Shown in pieces: positions 1 through 10,573 of a stretch of 26,063 bases of DNA. Numbering within the stretch: position 1 is the stretch's first letter; each line of letters begins with the position of its first letter. Origin of the DNA: Cyanophora paradoxa CCMP329 (taxonomy: Eukaryota > Plantae > Glaucophyta); NCBI GenBank assembly GCA_004431415.1, contig QPMI01000274.1, forward strand, positions 1 through 26,063. The letters are read 5' to 3'. Made by a program: the position numbers and the translations under genes. Below the pieces are notes generated by a model, which was not told where the DNA came from, did not search any database, and was given only the letters and a program-made list of their open reading frames with translations.

Positions 1-357
1 GAGGCACTACTGTTTAAGGCGACTCTAGATCTGTCCAGTGTGTAAGGCACGCCGTGCGGAGGAACGCCCCGCGGAAGATCTCGCTCGCGAAAAAGATCCA
101 CTCGCCGTACGCGTCCTCGTACACCTTGCAACTGGAGGTGGGCCGGGGGTCGTAGGCCAGAGGCGATGCTCCGGATCCGGATTTAGTTTCGTGTTCTCCG
201 AATCGAAATTAACCTGCAGCTGCGCATGCGGAGAAAATCCTGCGCATGCAACCGAGGCCCCCACACTGTATCCGACATGAGCCTGCGCGGGATTGTAAGG
301 CGGCGCGGGCGGCCCTAGGCCTAGCGCAGCAGCGGCGGGCCTCGAGGGAGCGGAGGC

Positions 358-615
358 TCAGCTCGGGGGCTCGGGGGCCAGCGCCGGGACGGCGGCGAAG
401 GTGTCGGAGCAGAGCCGGAGCTCGCCCTTGGCCCCCGGGGGAAGAGAGAGGAGGCGGAGATCTAGAGACAGAAGGGATGGTCAGCATGGCCGGGGAGGGC
501 CGGGCGGCGATCGCAAGGAAGCGGGTGCCATGCTTTACTTTGGAGCCTCCCATGACCTCCACGTCGCGGAGGCGCCCGGCCTCGCCCCTGCCGGGGCTCC
601 CCTCCAGCCAGTGCT
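358..615 (-). pseudogene. Possible terminal two exons of an orphan or decayed gene
   Basis: On the minus strand, acceptor ctgcag precedes EHWLEGSPGRGEAGRLRDVEVMGGSKVKH. A putative GC-AG intron ending ctctag (462) follows, then DLRLLSLPPGAKGELRLCSDTFAAVPALAPEPPS* (stop 358-360). No upstream exons or homology recognised. Confidence 0.2.
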
Positions 616-1116
616 CTGCAGTGTTAATTCGGGATCTTTGAAAGGGCGCCGGCGCGCGGAATTTGCAGAAGAATGGCGCTAGCGTTAGCGCTCCGGTTGC
701 GAGAACCGACGTTGACGCATTTGAAAGGAAAGAAGAAAGTCCACTTTGGAATCGGTTGTTAGAGTAAATACACGTTGACGTGCAAGCGCCCTAGTAGTTC
801 GCCTCAGCGAATATCTGGCTTCGATCCTATAGCTAGTGATTTGTACACACTGCATGCGCACACACGTACAGCCTCCCGTTCCACGCGCTATATGAAATTT
901 AAAGGGACTGCACAGCTAGTAGTCGCGTCGAGCTGCAGCTGGTGCCTTCACTTAGCTGTAGGGCGTCGAGTCGTCTGCATGCGCAGAACACGAACATGAA
1001 CATGAACTTAGTCATATCGTATCACGGATTGTGAACGTACACCGTACGTGCGCGTGTCCGCGAGAAAAATTAATACTCACTATGGCTAGCTCTAGCTGTA
1101 GATTTGCATGTAGAGG

Positions 1117-1170
1117 CGTGGCCTGGCGTGCTAGCTCGTCTTTGATTTTCTAAATTGGGCCATCGCCTTC

Positions 1171-1209
<39 letters not shown>

Positions 1210-1366
1210 GGGTTCCGAAAAACCAGGATCAATATCCAGCCAATCCGAAAACAGATAATATATGAAGGACTTACAGCCGTGCAGCTATTGAAAGCGTTTT
1301 GCGATATAATTATAAAGCGTACACAATTTAGTATTTGAAAAATTCGAAGGCTAGCGACTGGCCATG
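1117..1366. mobile_element. Degenerate MITE-like element with central poly-C tract
   Basis: Imperfect ~41-bp inverted repeats: 1117-1157 cgtggcctggcgtgctagc...ctaaattg versus the reverse complement of 1324-1366, catggccagtcgctagc...ctaaattg. Contains a C35 run at 1173-1207. No TSD seen. Confidence 0.3.
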
Positions 1367-1539
1367 GAAGCGAACGCACACGTGCACTGTACAGCTGCTG
1401 CAGGTTCGAATTTCGAAGGTACGCTCCGCGGTACATGTGTAGGCATGCGCAGGCCCCTAGATGTGCAGAGTGCACGTGGAAGCTTAAGCGCAGTACGTAT
1501 ACGTCGCAGCGACGGAAGCCGCCGCGAAAAGTCCGGTGA

Positions 1540-3382
1540 TCAGCCGCGAGGCGGCGGCGCCGACGATGGCGGCTGAGATGAACGGAATGTAAACCACGCC
1601 CGCGGCCGCAGCTGTGGAGTCCATGTGAAGGCCTGCGAAACGACAAGCGATTCCGGTTTCAGCCCGAGGTATTCTTAAGCTTTGTATCGAACGGAAATTC
1701 AAAAAGGCGAAACACACGTTCAGCAACGTGAAATCCGCCTGCGTTAAAACATTGGTCTCGTCAGCATTTGTGCAACTACTAATGGTACAATCTTATAATT
1801 AAGTACATGTACAGGAATCGGATATCGACGACGCACGAAAATGCCGATGGGGCTGCTGAACCGAAGGGTGTAGCTCGTGCTTGGAGTAAAAGCATCCGCA
1901 GGCTGCAGCATGTGACCCATGATCAGCATGTGAATAAAAATTGATTTTCATTCAAATCCGCAATATATATATAATGCTTTCGAATTCCCATTCACGCACC
2001 GCCAGCACAGAGCGCTTTGCACTGCGTCCGTTATTCACGTTGACGTTAACATTGCATGCCGAGACAGATGGTATGCCTGCACGCGAACGTGCCACTGTCA
2101 CGCGTACGACCCCCTCGCGCGCGTCGATGTCTTGCGGCGCAACGCACGGAACGTAATTAGAGTCGAGCTGACGATCGTGCCGTTGATGGCCTTGCACTCG
2201 CGATTGTTGGTTCCGGATCCGGACACGATGAACACGTCGATGCTCGCAGGATGGGGACCGGGGAAGTTCTGCGAAATCAATCACGTGTGACTGCTTGAAC
2301 GTGAAAAATATATAAAGAAACAATCATGCATGTATGGGGGATTCGTTTTCAAAAATCGAGCTCACCTCTCCCGTGACACTAACCTCGCCGCCACCCGCCT
2401 GAGGGCACGAACAACGGGCGTCCTGACGTCCGCCGTGTTGGTGACGGGGTCGAAGGCGAGGTTGAAGCTCGCGCCAATGCCCTGCACGACGATCCTGGTG
2501 ATGTTCTGCGCACGCGCAGGAGGTCAGAGGCAGCGCCGCCAGGAGAACTTCAGTTTCTAGTCAGCTGCGCGTGCGGTTTGGAGCGCGCACCAAACGCGGC
2601 GGCTTGGGCGTGGCCGTTGGCGAAGGGGAGGGGCTCGGGGAAGGAGTGGCCGCGGCCGTGGCGGACGGCGATGTCGCAGGCGTCGGGGACGGAGTCGTCA
2701 GGGCCGCCGGGGAAGGCGTCGCCGAAGGGCTGGGCGTCGACGAGGGGCTGGGGCTGGCCGACGGCGTCGCGCTCGGGCTCGGGCTGGGCGAAGGCGTCGG
2801 GGGGTCCGCGCAGGCGCCGTTGACGACCGTTTTGCCCGCCGCGCAACAGAAGTTGGAGACGTTGACGAGGGGCGGCTGGCAGATGCACACGGGGCGCATC
2901 GCCGCGAACCAGTAGCCCGCGGGATCGGAGGCGACGAAGCGGTCGCGCTCTGGGAAGCAAGCCGCCGGGCGCGAGTTGACGTTTTCAAGGGTATCGAATG
3001 CCGAATCCCATTTTGGTTTGCCGAGTGCATCTGGGTTATCATACGGACTGACGTCGCTGTCGATTGCATTTGTGCAGTTGTACGTAGTGAGAATCTCCTG
3101 CCCGGCGGTGCAATTTGTTTTGATGCAGTAGCTCTCGCCATCGAACTGCTGCACCATGCCCCCGGCATCGACGCAGTCGAGGGATGAACACTGTAAGCAG
3201 TCCGTCGTATCGCCTGGGTTGATGATGATGGAGCGGTCGTATTCCGCGCATTGTGAGCACTTGCCGAAGACCGGCGCCGGAGCAAACGCCGCCACGTATA
3301 CGACGATGATGGACACTGAGAGCTCGAGCGCCCGCCGCAGCTGAACCGAGGCCCGCGCCACCGGCCGCGCGCGCCGTCCCAT
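1540..3382 (-). CDS. Multi-exon secreted/cell-surface protein: signal peptide, Cys-rich domain, Pro/Ser/Thr stalk, IPT/TIG-like beta domain
   Basis: ATG at 3382. Exon 1 (3382-2591, 264 codons) has a hydrophobic N-terminus ([20 protein letters not shown]), 14 Cys, then [10 protein letters not shown] repeats. Further GT-AG bounded exons read [20 protein letters not shown] / [25 protein letters not shown] / [19 protein letters not shown] / [22 protein letters not shown] / ADFTLLN / [16 protein letters not shown] (stop 1540-1542). If the last intron is retained the stop is at 1484. The exon 2 donor is uncertain. Confidence 0.75.
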
Positions 3383-3850
3383 CGCTGAGATTCGAGTCGA
3401 GGAGAAGCTGCAGCTGATCAATATCGATATCGACCAATATGGTCTCTAATACTCTCTACTATAATTATGGAGAAGTCATTGCTAGTCAAGCTTAAGCCTT
3501 TTTCGCTCATGAACGGCGGACTCGCCGAGTCGGGAGGTCGAAGGCCGCTGCGACCCTGTGCCGCAGTGCGGGCTGCACTGCGGCCGCTGCGGCGAATCAT
3601 TGAATTGGCCGGGCAACGTTGACGTGCCAACGTTCAACGGTCACCGGTTAACTTGCCGAATTGGCAATTCTTAACACCTCGGAGACTCGAGCTCGGATCC
3701 CGGAGTCTAACTTCTCCCGATCGATACGAGTATATCATCCCATGATGATCAGCCCAACCCCCTTATGTGCGCGATTCGTGCCTTCTCCGATCAGCCCTAA
3801 CTTAGTGAGTCAATGAGTAGGCTAGTAGCCTACCGCCAGTGGTCCGCCAC

Positions 3851-4239
3851 TAGGGTTGCCTGTCAATTGACATGTCAGTCTACCCTGTGGACATTGACAT
3901 CGGACATTTGACATGTCAACCGACATGTCAATTGACATTGATTATTATATTATATTATATTATATTATATTCCAAAAGTGAGGCGGCGGGCAGCTTGGGC
4001 GAGGTCCTCAGCGCCTCCCCGCTGCCCTCTGCCTCCTTCCTAACATCAGAAACGTGCTGCTAACGCTTGCAGAGTGCTGCTTACATGTTTTTAATCATGA
4101 TTTGCATGCGTTTTGGCTTGTTTGGAGGGGTATCCCCCCAATGTCAATGGACATGTCAACCGGACCCGTGGACATTGACATGACATGTCAACTGACATTG
4201 ACATGTCAATGTCAATTGACATCGGACACGGCAACCCTA
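3851..4239. mobile_element. hAT-type non-autonomous element (MITE 1), 389 bp
   Basis: TIR TAGGGTTGCC (3851-3860) / GGCAACCCTA (4230-4239). Perfect 8-bp TSD TCCGCCAC (3843-3850, 4240-4247). Subterminal TGACA/TGTCA (TGACATGTCA) clusters at both ends. Confidence 0.92.
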
Positions 4240-4287
4240 TCCGCCACTGGTCCGCCAGGCTACCGGTACGGCGGTACTAGTAGTAGG

Positions 4288-4627
4288 TAGAGGTGGGGCT
4301 CGAGCGCAAATCGGCGGCTCGAGCCGGGCTCGAGCCGACACCCCTCGAGCCGCGGGCCGGCTCGAGCCGCCCGAGGTCGGGGTACACAGTCCTCGCCTTA
4401 TATAATATTCGATATATATAACAAAAACCTATATACAATAGCTAGCCGGCTCGCCGGCTCGCCGGCTCGCCCATAACAAAACCCGACCTGGCTCGAGCCA
4501 GCCGCGCCATACCCCTCGAGCCGGCTTGCTCGAGCCGGCCCGCGTGGCCAGAGGTCCGGCTCGACCGGCCGGCCCCTCGGCCCGGCCCGGCCCGGCTCGA
4601 GCCAGCCCGGCTCGAGCCCCACCTCTA
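4288..4627. mobile_element. hAT-type non-autonomous element (MITE 2), 340 bp
   Basis: Perfect 18-bp TIR TAGAGGTGGGGCTCGAGC / GCTCGAGCCCCACCTCTA. 8-bp TSD with 1 mismatch (GTAGTAGG 4280-4287; CTAGTAGG 4628-4635). Many GGCTCGAGCC palindromes around an AT-rich core. Confidence 0.88.
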
Positions 4628-4973
4628 CTAGTAGGAAAGTCTGGACTCCGGCCCTGGAGGCTGGAGGCTGGAGCCCGTACTGTGCGCCAGTACGTGTGCG
4701 TCACACACCGGGTGTACGCGTGTACGGTACCCAGTGTACTACCCACATCTCGGGCCACATCCTCGGCCACATGTCCTACGGTACTGATCATGAGCCATAT
4801 GCATGTTGTATATATACTATATGTATGACGATTTTTAGACTCTGGAATTCGAATCTTTTTTTAATCATAAATCCGGAACCTTGACTTTCGAGCTGGATGG
4901 AATCGCCGCTGCATGCGCAGCTGGATCCGGAATTCGAAATTGCCTGGAATTTTGATACTGTACTAGTACTACT

Positions 4974-5619
4974 CAGTGCTGTCATTATAATGTACGTTTA
5001 TAATTAATGACATTATTTAATGCCCATGAAGTACATTAATTATAAACCGGCGTAAATAATGGACATTATTTAATGTGGGGGGGTATTTTTGGCGCGAAGT
5101 TGATCTCTGACCTTCTAACAGCTTAACAGAGCCGCCGGAACGCTTTAAATCACTGTCGGAGTGGTTCTCGCTGCCTTGGAGAGGTCGACGTGTTGGAGGG
5201 GGTATACGTACATCGACCCCATCCCTTGGCGTGGCGGAGCTGAAGGGGGGCGCACGATCAACGCTCAAACGTTCTATATAAGCCGATAAACACTTCCTTG
5301 AAACTTAGGAAGGCTTTACAAGCTTACAAGCAACTTAGGAAGGCTTAGTTGAGGTGCTAGCTGGATGAGTCTCAGTGAGGCCTTCCTGCAGCTGGGGCCG
5401 GGGCTCCAGGCCTAGGCCATCTCCAGCCTGCCAGGAGGGTCATAAACGACTAGGGACATGCTCTTGCGCCGTTAGATAGTGTTCGCAGCGCCAAAGACGA
5501 GCGGAAAGTGCGTTTAAACGTAATTAATGAGTATTTAATATAATAATACATTATAATACATTATAATGCCTCATTAAATAATGCCCGACCTCCCGTGTCC
5601 ATTATAATGAACAGCACTG
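4974..5619. mobile_element. hAT-type non-autonomous element (MITE 3), 646 bp
   Basis: TIR CAGTGCTGT-CATTATAATG / CATTATAATGAACAGCACTG (one-base gap). Subterminal CATTA/TAATG arrays. The left flank GTACTACT (4966-4973) recurs at 5628-5635, displaced by 8 bp. Confidence 0.8.
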
Positions 5620-5909
5620 GTACAGTGGTACTACTACTGCTAGTATGATATTACGGCATGATACTGTACTAGTACTACTAGTATGATACGAATCGACTTT
5701 TTTCATGGATTCCACCTTTTAACTTGCCAAGTTGCCAAAAAACAAAACAGTGAAGAAGCCTTTGAAGTCTTTGCAATTGTTTTTTGAACGATTCGAGCCC
5801 GATCGCGACGTCCAACGTCGTCCATGATGACGCCGCATGACGGACCATTGACGGTCCATGACGGTCGATGATCGATTGAACTCATTGGAGTTCTGCGCAT
5901 GCTCGTGAG

Positions 5910-6330
5910 CAGGGCTGTCAACATTTTACGCCCCCAAAATGGACCAGAAAATTTTGAGGAATATTCCGGGAACGCTGCGAACGCGTTGCGCATGCGCGCC
6001 GTAGACACACGTTCAAAGCTGCGAAGCACTAAGATAACATCACAATAAGCATTCTGAGAGACGTACGGCATATAGTCTTTTGGAGCTTTGAAACCGAAAT
6101 GCAAGGCCCTTGGTGGGTCAGATGGGGGGGGGGGGGGGGGGGCGCAGCCGCGCAGTATACATTCGAATTCCCCCTGCAAATGTTTTTTAAACGGCCGCGG
6201 GAGTCGCGGCGGGAGTCGCGGACCCGAAAGTTTTCCCAAAATTTTCTAATATTTAATATTCCGGGAACGTTCCAGGCTGATCCCGGAATATTCCGGCTGA
6301 CAGGCAGTGACAGGATGCACTGACAGCCCT
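5910..6330. mobile_element. hAT-type non-autonomous element (MITE 4) with damaged right end
   Basis: Left end CAGGGCTGTCA (5910-5920), right end TGACAGCCCT (6321-6330). Left flank CTCGTGAG versus right flank CGTGAC, consistent with a 3-bp deletion across the TIR/TSD junction. Contains GGAATATTCC palindromes, TGACAG repeats and an internal poly-G run. Confidence 0.65.
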
Positions 6331-6449
6331 CGTGACTCAGAGTCGTGAGTCGTGAGTCGTGTGACCGTCGGACGGCTCGTTCTTCATCTTCTAACTTGAA
6401 CGGATCCGGAGCCAGTTCAGATCATGTGCCGTCGACGTCGAGGGTCGAA

Positions 6450-6767
6450 TCTGACCGGCGATCGCTTGCGCAGGAGCTGCTTCAAGTTCGTCGCACCAGC
6501 CAACGCCAACGCCTGCAGTGCGTGCCCGCCTCCCGTAGCGCTGCGAGCTTGCTCGCATAGAGATTCTCTATTCAATTGGATCGCTAGATCTGCCCCGCGC
6601 ATAGAGCCTTCTCATTGCTCGGCGATCGCTTTGTGTTCGGCGCCATACCCAGCGAGTCCGACCTCTAACAAAGAGCTGCTGGGCCGGCGATCGCTTCTGG
6701 GTTCTCAGTTCTAACGGTCGCCGCGGGCTTGACGTCCACCGCCTTCTCATTGGCCAAGCGATCGCTG
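6450..6767 (+). repeat. 318-bp direct repeat block R (copy 0), upstream of the Myb-like gene
   Basis: By eye identical to 11515-11832 (tctgaccggcgatcgc...ggccaagcgatcgctg). GCGATCGC at 6458, 6622, 6687 and 6758. Confidence 0.95.
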
Positions 6768-7060
6768 AACTTGGATGAATGGGCAATAGGTGGTAGCCAG
6801 GTGCTGCTTGACCCCCGGTTTCTGGGCGGCGCGATCGAGGGAGTTCCTGGACACGGTTTTACTTTTACAAGCTGTGCGGAATGCATGCTCGTTGCTTTGG
6901 CGAAGAAGCGTGGTCGCTCTGGGAGTTCTCGCGAGTGCTGGTGTTCTTCTTGGGTACAGCTACCCCGCCAATTACCTGTACCCAGAGGAGCGCCAACGTA
7001 CACTTTCAGAGCGTCCAGAGCGCCAGATACGGCATCGCATTCGCATGCTTCACGAAGGAC

Positions 7061-8928
7061 ATGGAGTTCCGTCTGCCGCCCGACCCGTTCGGGCCACCGG
7101 GACAGCCGCCTGCGCCAGCGCGGCCGTCTGAGCTTCCAGCTCCGACCTGGTGGGTTGCTGTGCTTTGAACATGCTTCTTGCTTCTTACTTGTGTCAGGCG
7201 ACCGCCGGCTCCGCCGCCTCTTCGGGCCGCGCCACAAGTTCACGGGTTGAACATGCCCTCGCTCGCAGCCTCATTCAGTGCGCCCGTACGACTTCAGTGT
7301 GCGTGAAGAACCTTTGTTTTCACAGTTCCGCCTCATCCGGTCGCGCCCGACTGCTGTAGCTAACTTCGTCGCCGCAGTGCCGTTGCCGTTTCCATCGCTT
7401 CTGGGGCCGCCGGGCCAGAACATCTGGCTCGAGAAACGTGCGCTTTTGCATGCTTGACTCGCCGGTTCGCTTAAACGCGACCGCAGGCGTCCAGTCGGGC
7501 CGTCCGTGGGGAACAAGGCCGTCCCACTTGTCGCCCAGAGCTCAGTACATGGCGCCCCGTGCGCATCTCCGTGCTCCGCGTTTGTGTTTGCCATGCTTAT
7601 AATGATGTTCCGCAGCGCTCCTGGCGCCCCTGCGCCGTCACTTGCTCCGCTTGCGAAGTGGGTTCTTTCCCATTTAAGCTCTTCTCTTGCACGGTTTTGC
7701 GCTGACGCGTTCGCCGGCAGGCGGGCGAAGAGCGATGACAAAGGAGCCAAGTCAGTTGCTTTCCGGTACTTTTGTCCCGACTTCCACCCTGTTCCTCGAT
7801 GCACAGCCTTACTCTTCTTCCTTTTCCTTTTCACAGGTGTGACTGGATGGGCTTTCCGGCGGCTGTTACTCTCATGATCAGCTGCATCGTCGATATCGGA
7901 TTGGAACTGAGGCTCAAGGATACCGCCAGGAACACTGTCGAAACAGATCATGTCACCCAAGCTTTCAACAAGTTTCTTGCCCAAGGTGTCCTGGTACGCT
8001 GACACGGTTGCATTTTCTTCAAGGCTTTGTCTCTGACATGCTTCCCAGCGGGACAACATCAGGCCCTTCGTCCTGGATTTGCAGGGGCTCGACATGTCGG
8101 CAGGGCGCACGAAGTTCCTCCGCAGGTGGCAGAAGGTGGTCAAGTACTACCGCATCTACAACGAAGCAGAGAAGAGCGGAAAGAAGCTCACAGATGCAGA
8201 TTTCCCGTTGAACTTCCAGCTCACACCACAAGACTACATGGTACCCGTCCTGCTCTGCTCCCGACAGCGTGTTCTGGCTGATCACGACGTGATACACTAG
8301 AAAGTCAAGCCCTATCTTGATGGTGCGCCAGAGGAGAACCCACATTACTCAATGGAGTCCGATGGAGATCGGGTTTGCGAAGATTGTGTTTTAATTCCGT
8401 ACCCCCCCGTTGACTTTTTCTGCAGGATCTTCACCCAGTACCGGCTTCATGGCTCCCCTCCTCACAGCTGCAGGAGGAGGGGTCAAGCTCGAGGTGTGCA
8501 CTGTCTTCCTTTCTTCTATCTCTACTGCTGCATGCCTTCAACTGATTTTCTTGCAGTTCCAGCCCCGCAAAGCCGGGGCGCCCGCCCAGGCCTGGCGAGG
8601 GATTGCGAAGTCGCAAATCAACAAGCGCAACCCAACTCAGGTGGCAGCTGAGGGGATGTCAAAGCTTTCAGCCAGTGTTGACCGGGTTGGAGATCAGCTC
8701 AGCCGCAGCAATGAACTTCGTGAACGGGCAGCCGAAGAGCGGGCGGCGGAGGCTAGGGAACGGGCAAAGTTCCGTCGGTTTCTGGTGCATTCTGCAACTG
8801 CTATACTCTTGCTCAGTTCTTTCTTTATTTTACCCACACAGATGGAGCAAGCTAAGAAGAAGGAGGGGCTGGACAAGCGTCCCCGTGAGCCGGGCCCAGA
8901 CTCGGACCAGGAGGGGACGCTATCCTAA
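7061..8928 (+). CDS. Harbinger-associated Myb/SANT-like (trihelix) DNA-binding protein, multi-exon; start and some splice phases uncertain
   Basis: Spliced reading: Pro-rich N-terminus (MEFRLPPDPFGPPGQPP), then R|CDWMGFPAAVTLMISCIVDIG..DHVTQAFNKFLAQGVL|GLDMSAGRTKFLRRWQKVVKYYRIYNEAEKSG (trihelix-like W...RW..V.K.Y pattern). A C-terminal coiled coil follows (SASVDRVGDQLSRSNELRERAAEERAAEARERAKF). At least one indel is probably needed near 8615. Its position next to the transposase supports the call. Confidence 0.7.
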
Positions 8929-8941
8929 CCACTGGAGGCCG

Positions 8942-10573
8942 CTACTGGAGGCCGTACAGGTGGTCCACCTGCCAGTCCCGCTCGGCCTTCGCCTCATTCT
9001 GCTCAGCTTGGTTGGGGGGGGCGTGCCCCTGTGCTGCTCCGCCCGGTGCGTCTCCCTCAGCAGCCTGGTCCAGCGGCCACACATCGTCTCCCAGCTCACA
9101 GACGTTGTGCAGTAGGAAGCACACCTGTTCCGATGCATGTCACATATCAATCTGAAGTGCACGGTTGGTGCTTACATAGATAGTTTGGCACGCCCGACCA
9201 AGGTTCTTGCGGTTGATCCCGGCTTCAAGCTCGAGCCATCTCATCTTCAATCTTCCAAATGCTCGCTCGATGACCTTCCTGCACATTGAATGCACGAAAT
9301 CAAAGTTTCTTTTTGCCAGACCGAGGCCACCAACAATATCTGGTGGCATTTGGTCAGAACCCTTGCTGTACCCCCCCCCTTCTGTAGTACATGTGCCTCA
9401 CCGTGAATGCTGTGTGGGGGAATGCATCCCTTCTCCATGCGGTACCCTCGATCAACAAGCCTGTAATCACCGTCGCTATAGATCATGTTCCGCCCCTTGT
9501 GAAGTCTTGAGTTGTCATACACCCTCTGATCGTGCACGCTCCCTGGATATTTAATGCTCACCTGCTTTCTCATTAGGGCGCAGTACTTGCACTCTTTCAA
9601 CTCACTCACATCATTAAAAACACCATTTGCATTGCAGGCTGCTTGAACATTCAGAGACTTCCTTCCTTTGCGACTGAAGAACTTCGTCCGATGCTGCTGA
9701 GGAGGGTTCTCGATCACGATAAGGGTTCCATCTGAAACAAATATGCATGTCACAATGTACTCGGCACATTGCCTTCGCAAAAAAAATGCTTGCCGACAGC
9801 TCCGACACACTTGGTGAAACCTGTCGCATAGAAGTTCCTTTTGTTCCAGTACTTTGCCAGACTCTCAAATCCAGCTCGAGCCCTGGCCTTCTGCTCTGGG
9901 TACGCGGGAAAAGATCTTGCATATGTGTCTTTCGAAACATCTCACATATGGCTGCCTGCGTGCGGGAAAGCGCTGCAGTCGAACAACACAGTGAGGATCA
10001 AATTAAATACAGAATCGAGGTACCTCACTGAAATCAGCAAACTCACCCTCAGCAATGAAGCCCTGAGATACAGGGAAGTCTCCTTGGAGTGCTTCATAGC
10101 CTGTCCGCTGGCCAAGACGCCTCAGTGTGATTGCAAGCTGCAGTTCCACGGATTGCTGAGCAACATTCCCCCTGGACTTGTATACCCAGCTGTGCTGGAT
10201 TCGATCGTGAATATACGTGAAGGTCGTCACGGTCATGCGAAAAGCCCAGAAGAATTTGGCATCGTAGTCGCCTGCGAACGAAGGCTTTTTTTTGAGGGGG
10301 GAGGAACTTGGGAGAGCTACGCGCAGCCAACGCACCATCCACGATGCGATCAATCATCTCATGCCACCATGTGTGCATTCGCGGCTGGCGGGGACGCCTC
10401 GCCTGCGCCAGAAGCTCCGCCGCCGTAGCCGCGGCTTCAGCGATCACACCGGCGGCCTCCTCCTCGAGCTCCATAGCATCGTCCTCGTCATCATCATCGT
10501 CATCGTCGTCTAGTTCCGCTTTCGCCAGCTCGAAAAGCTCATCCAGATCGGCGTTCAGCAGCGCGTCCCCCAT
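8942..10573 (-). CDS. PIF/Harbinger DDE transposase (HARBI1-like, DDE_Tnp_4), 7 exons, ~423 aa, one frameshift
   Basis: Exons 10573-10336, 10271-10047, 9972-9794, 9731-9610, 9561-9402, 9339-9176, 9124-8942. Motifs: DYDAKFFWAFRMTVTTF, VELQLAITLRRLG, GFTKCVGAV-DGT-LIVI, FFSRKGRKSLNVQAAC, YPGSVHD, LVDRGY, HSMCRKVIERAFGRLKMRW, LLHN. Exons sum to 1271 nt; one base is missing at the GGG 9898-9900. Confidence 0.93.

Noticed and set aside
5690-5909. CATGACGG-type short repeats as the Harbinger left subterminal region
   Set aside because: No matching right end or TWA TSD in the window; untestable here.
5703-6239. 178-aa minus-strand ORF
   Set aside because: It crosses the MITE 4 boundary and a poly-G run and has no protein-like features.
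7271-8143. 290-aa minus-strand ORF
   Set aside because: It is antisense to the spliced Myb-like gene; its Lys/Arg runs mirror intron polypyrimidine tracts, and no domain is recognisable.
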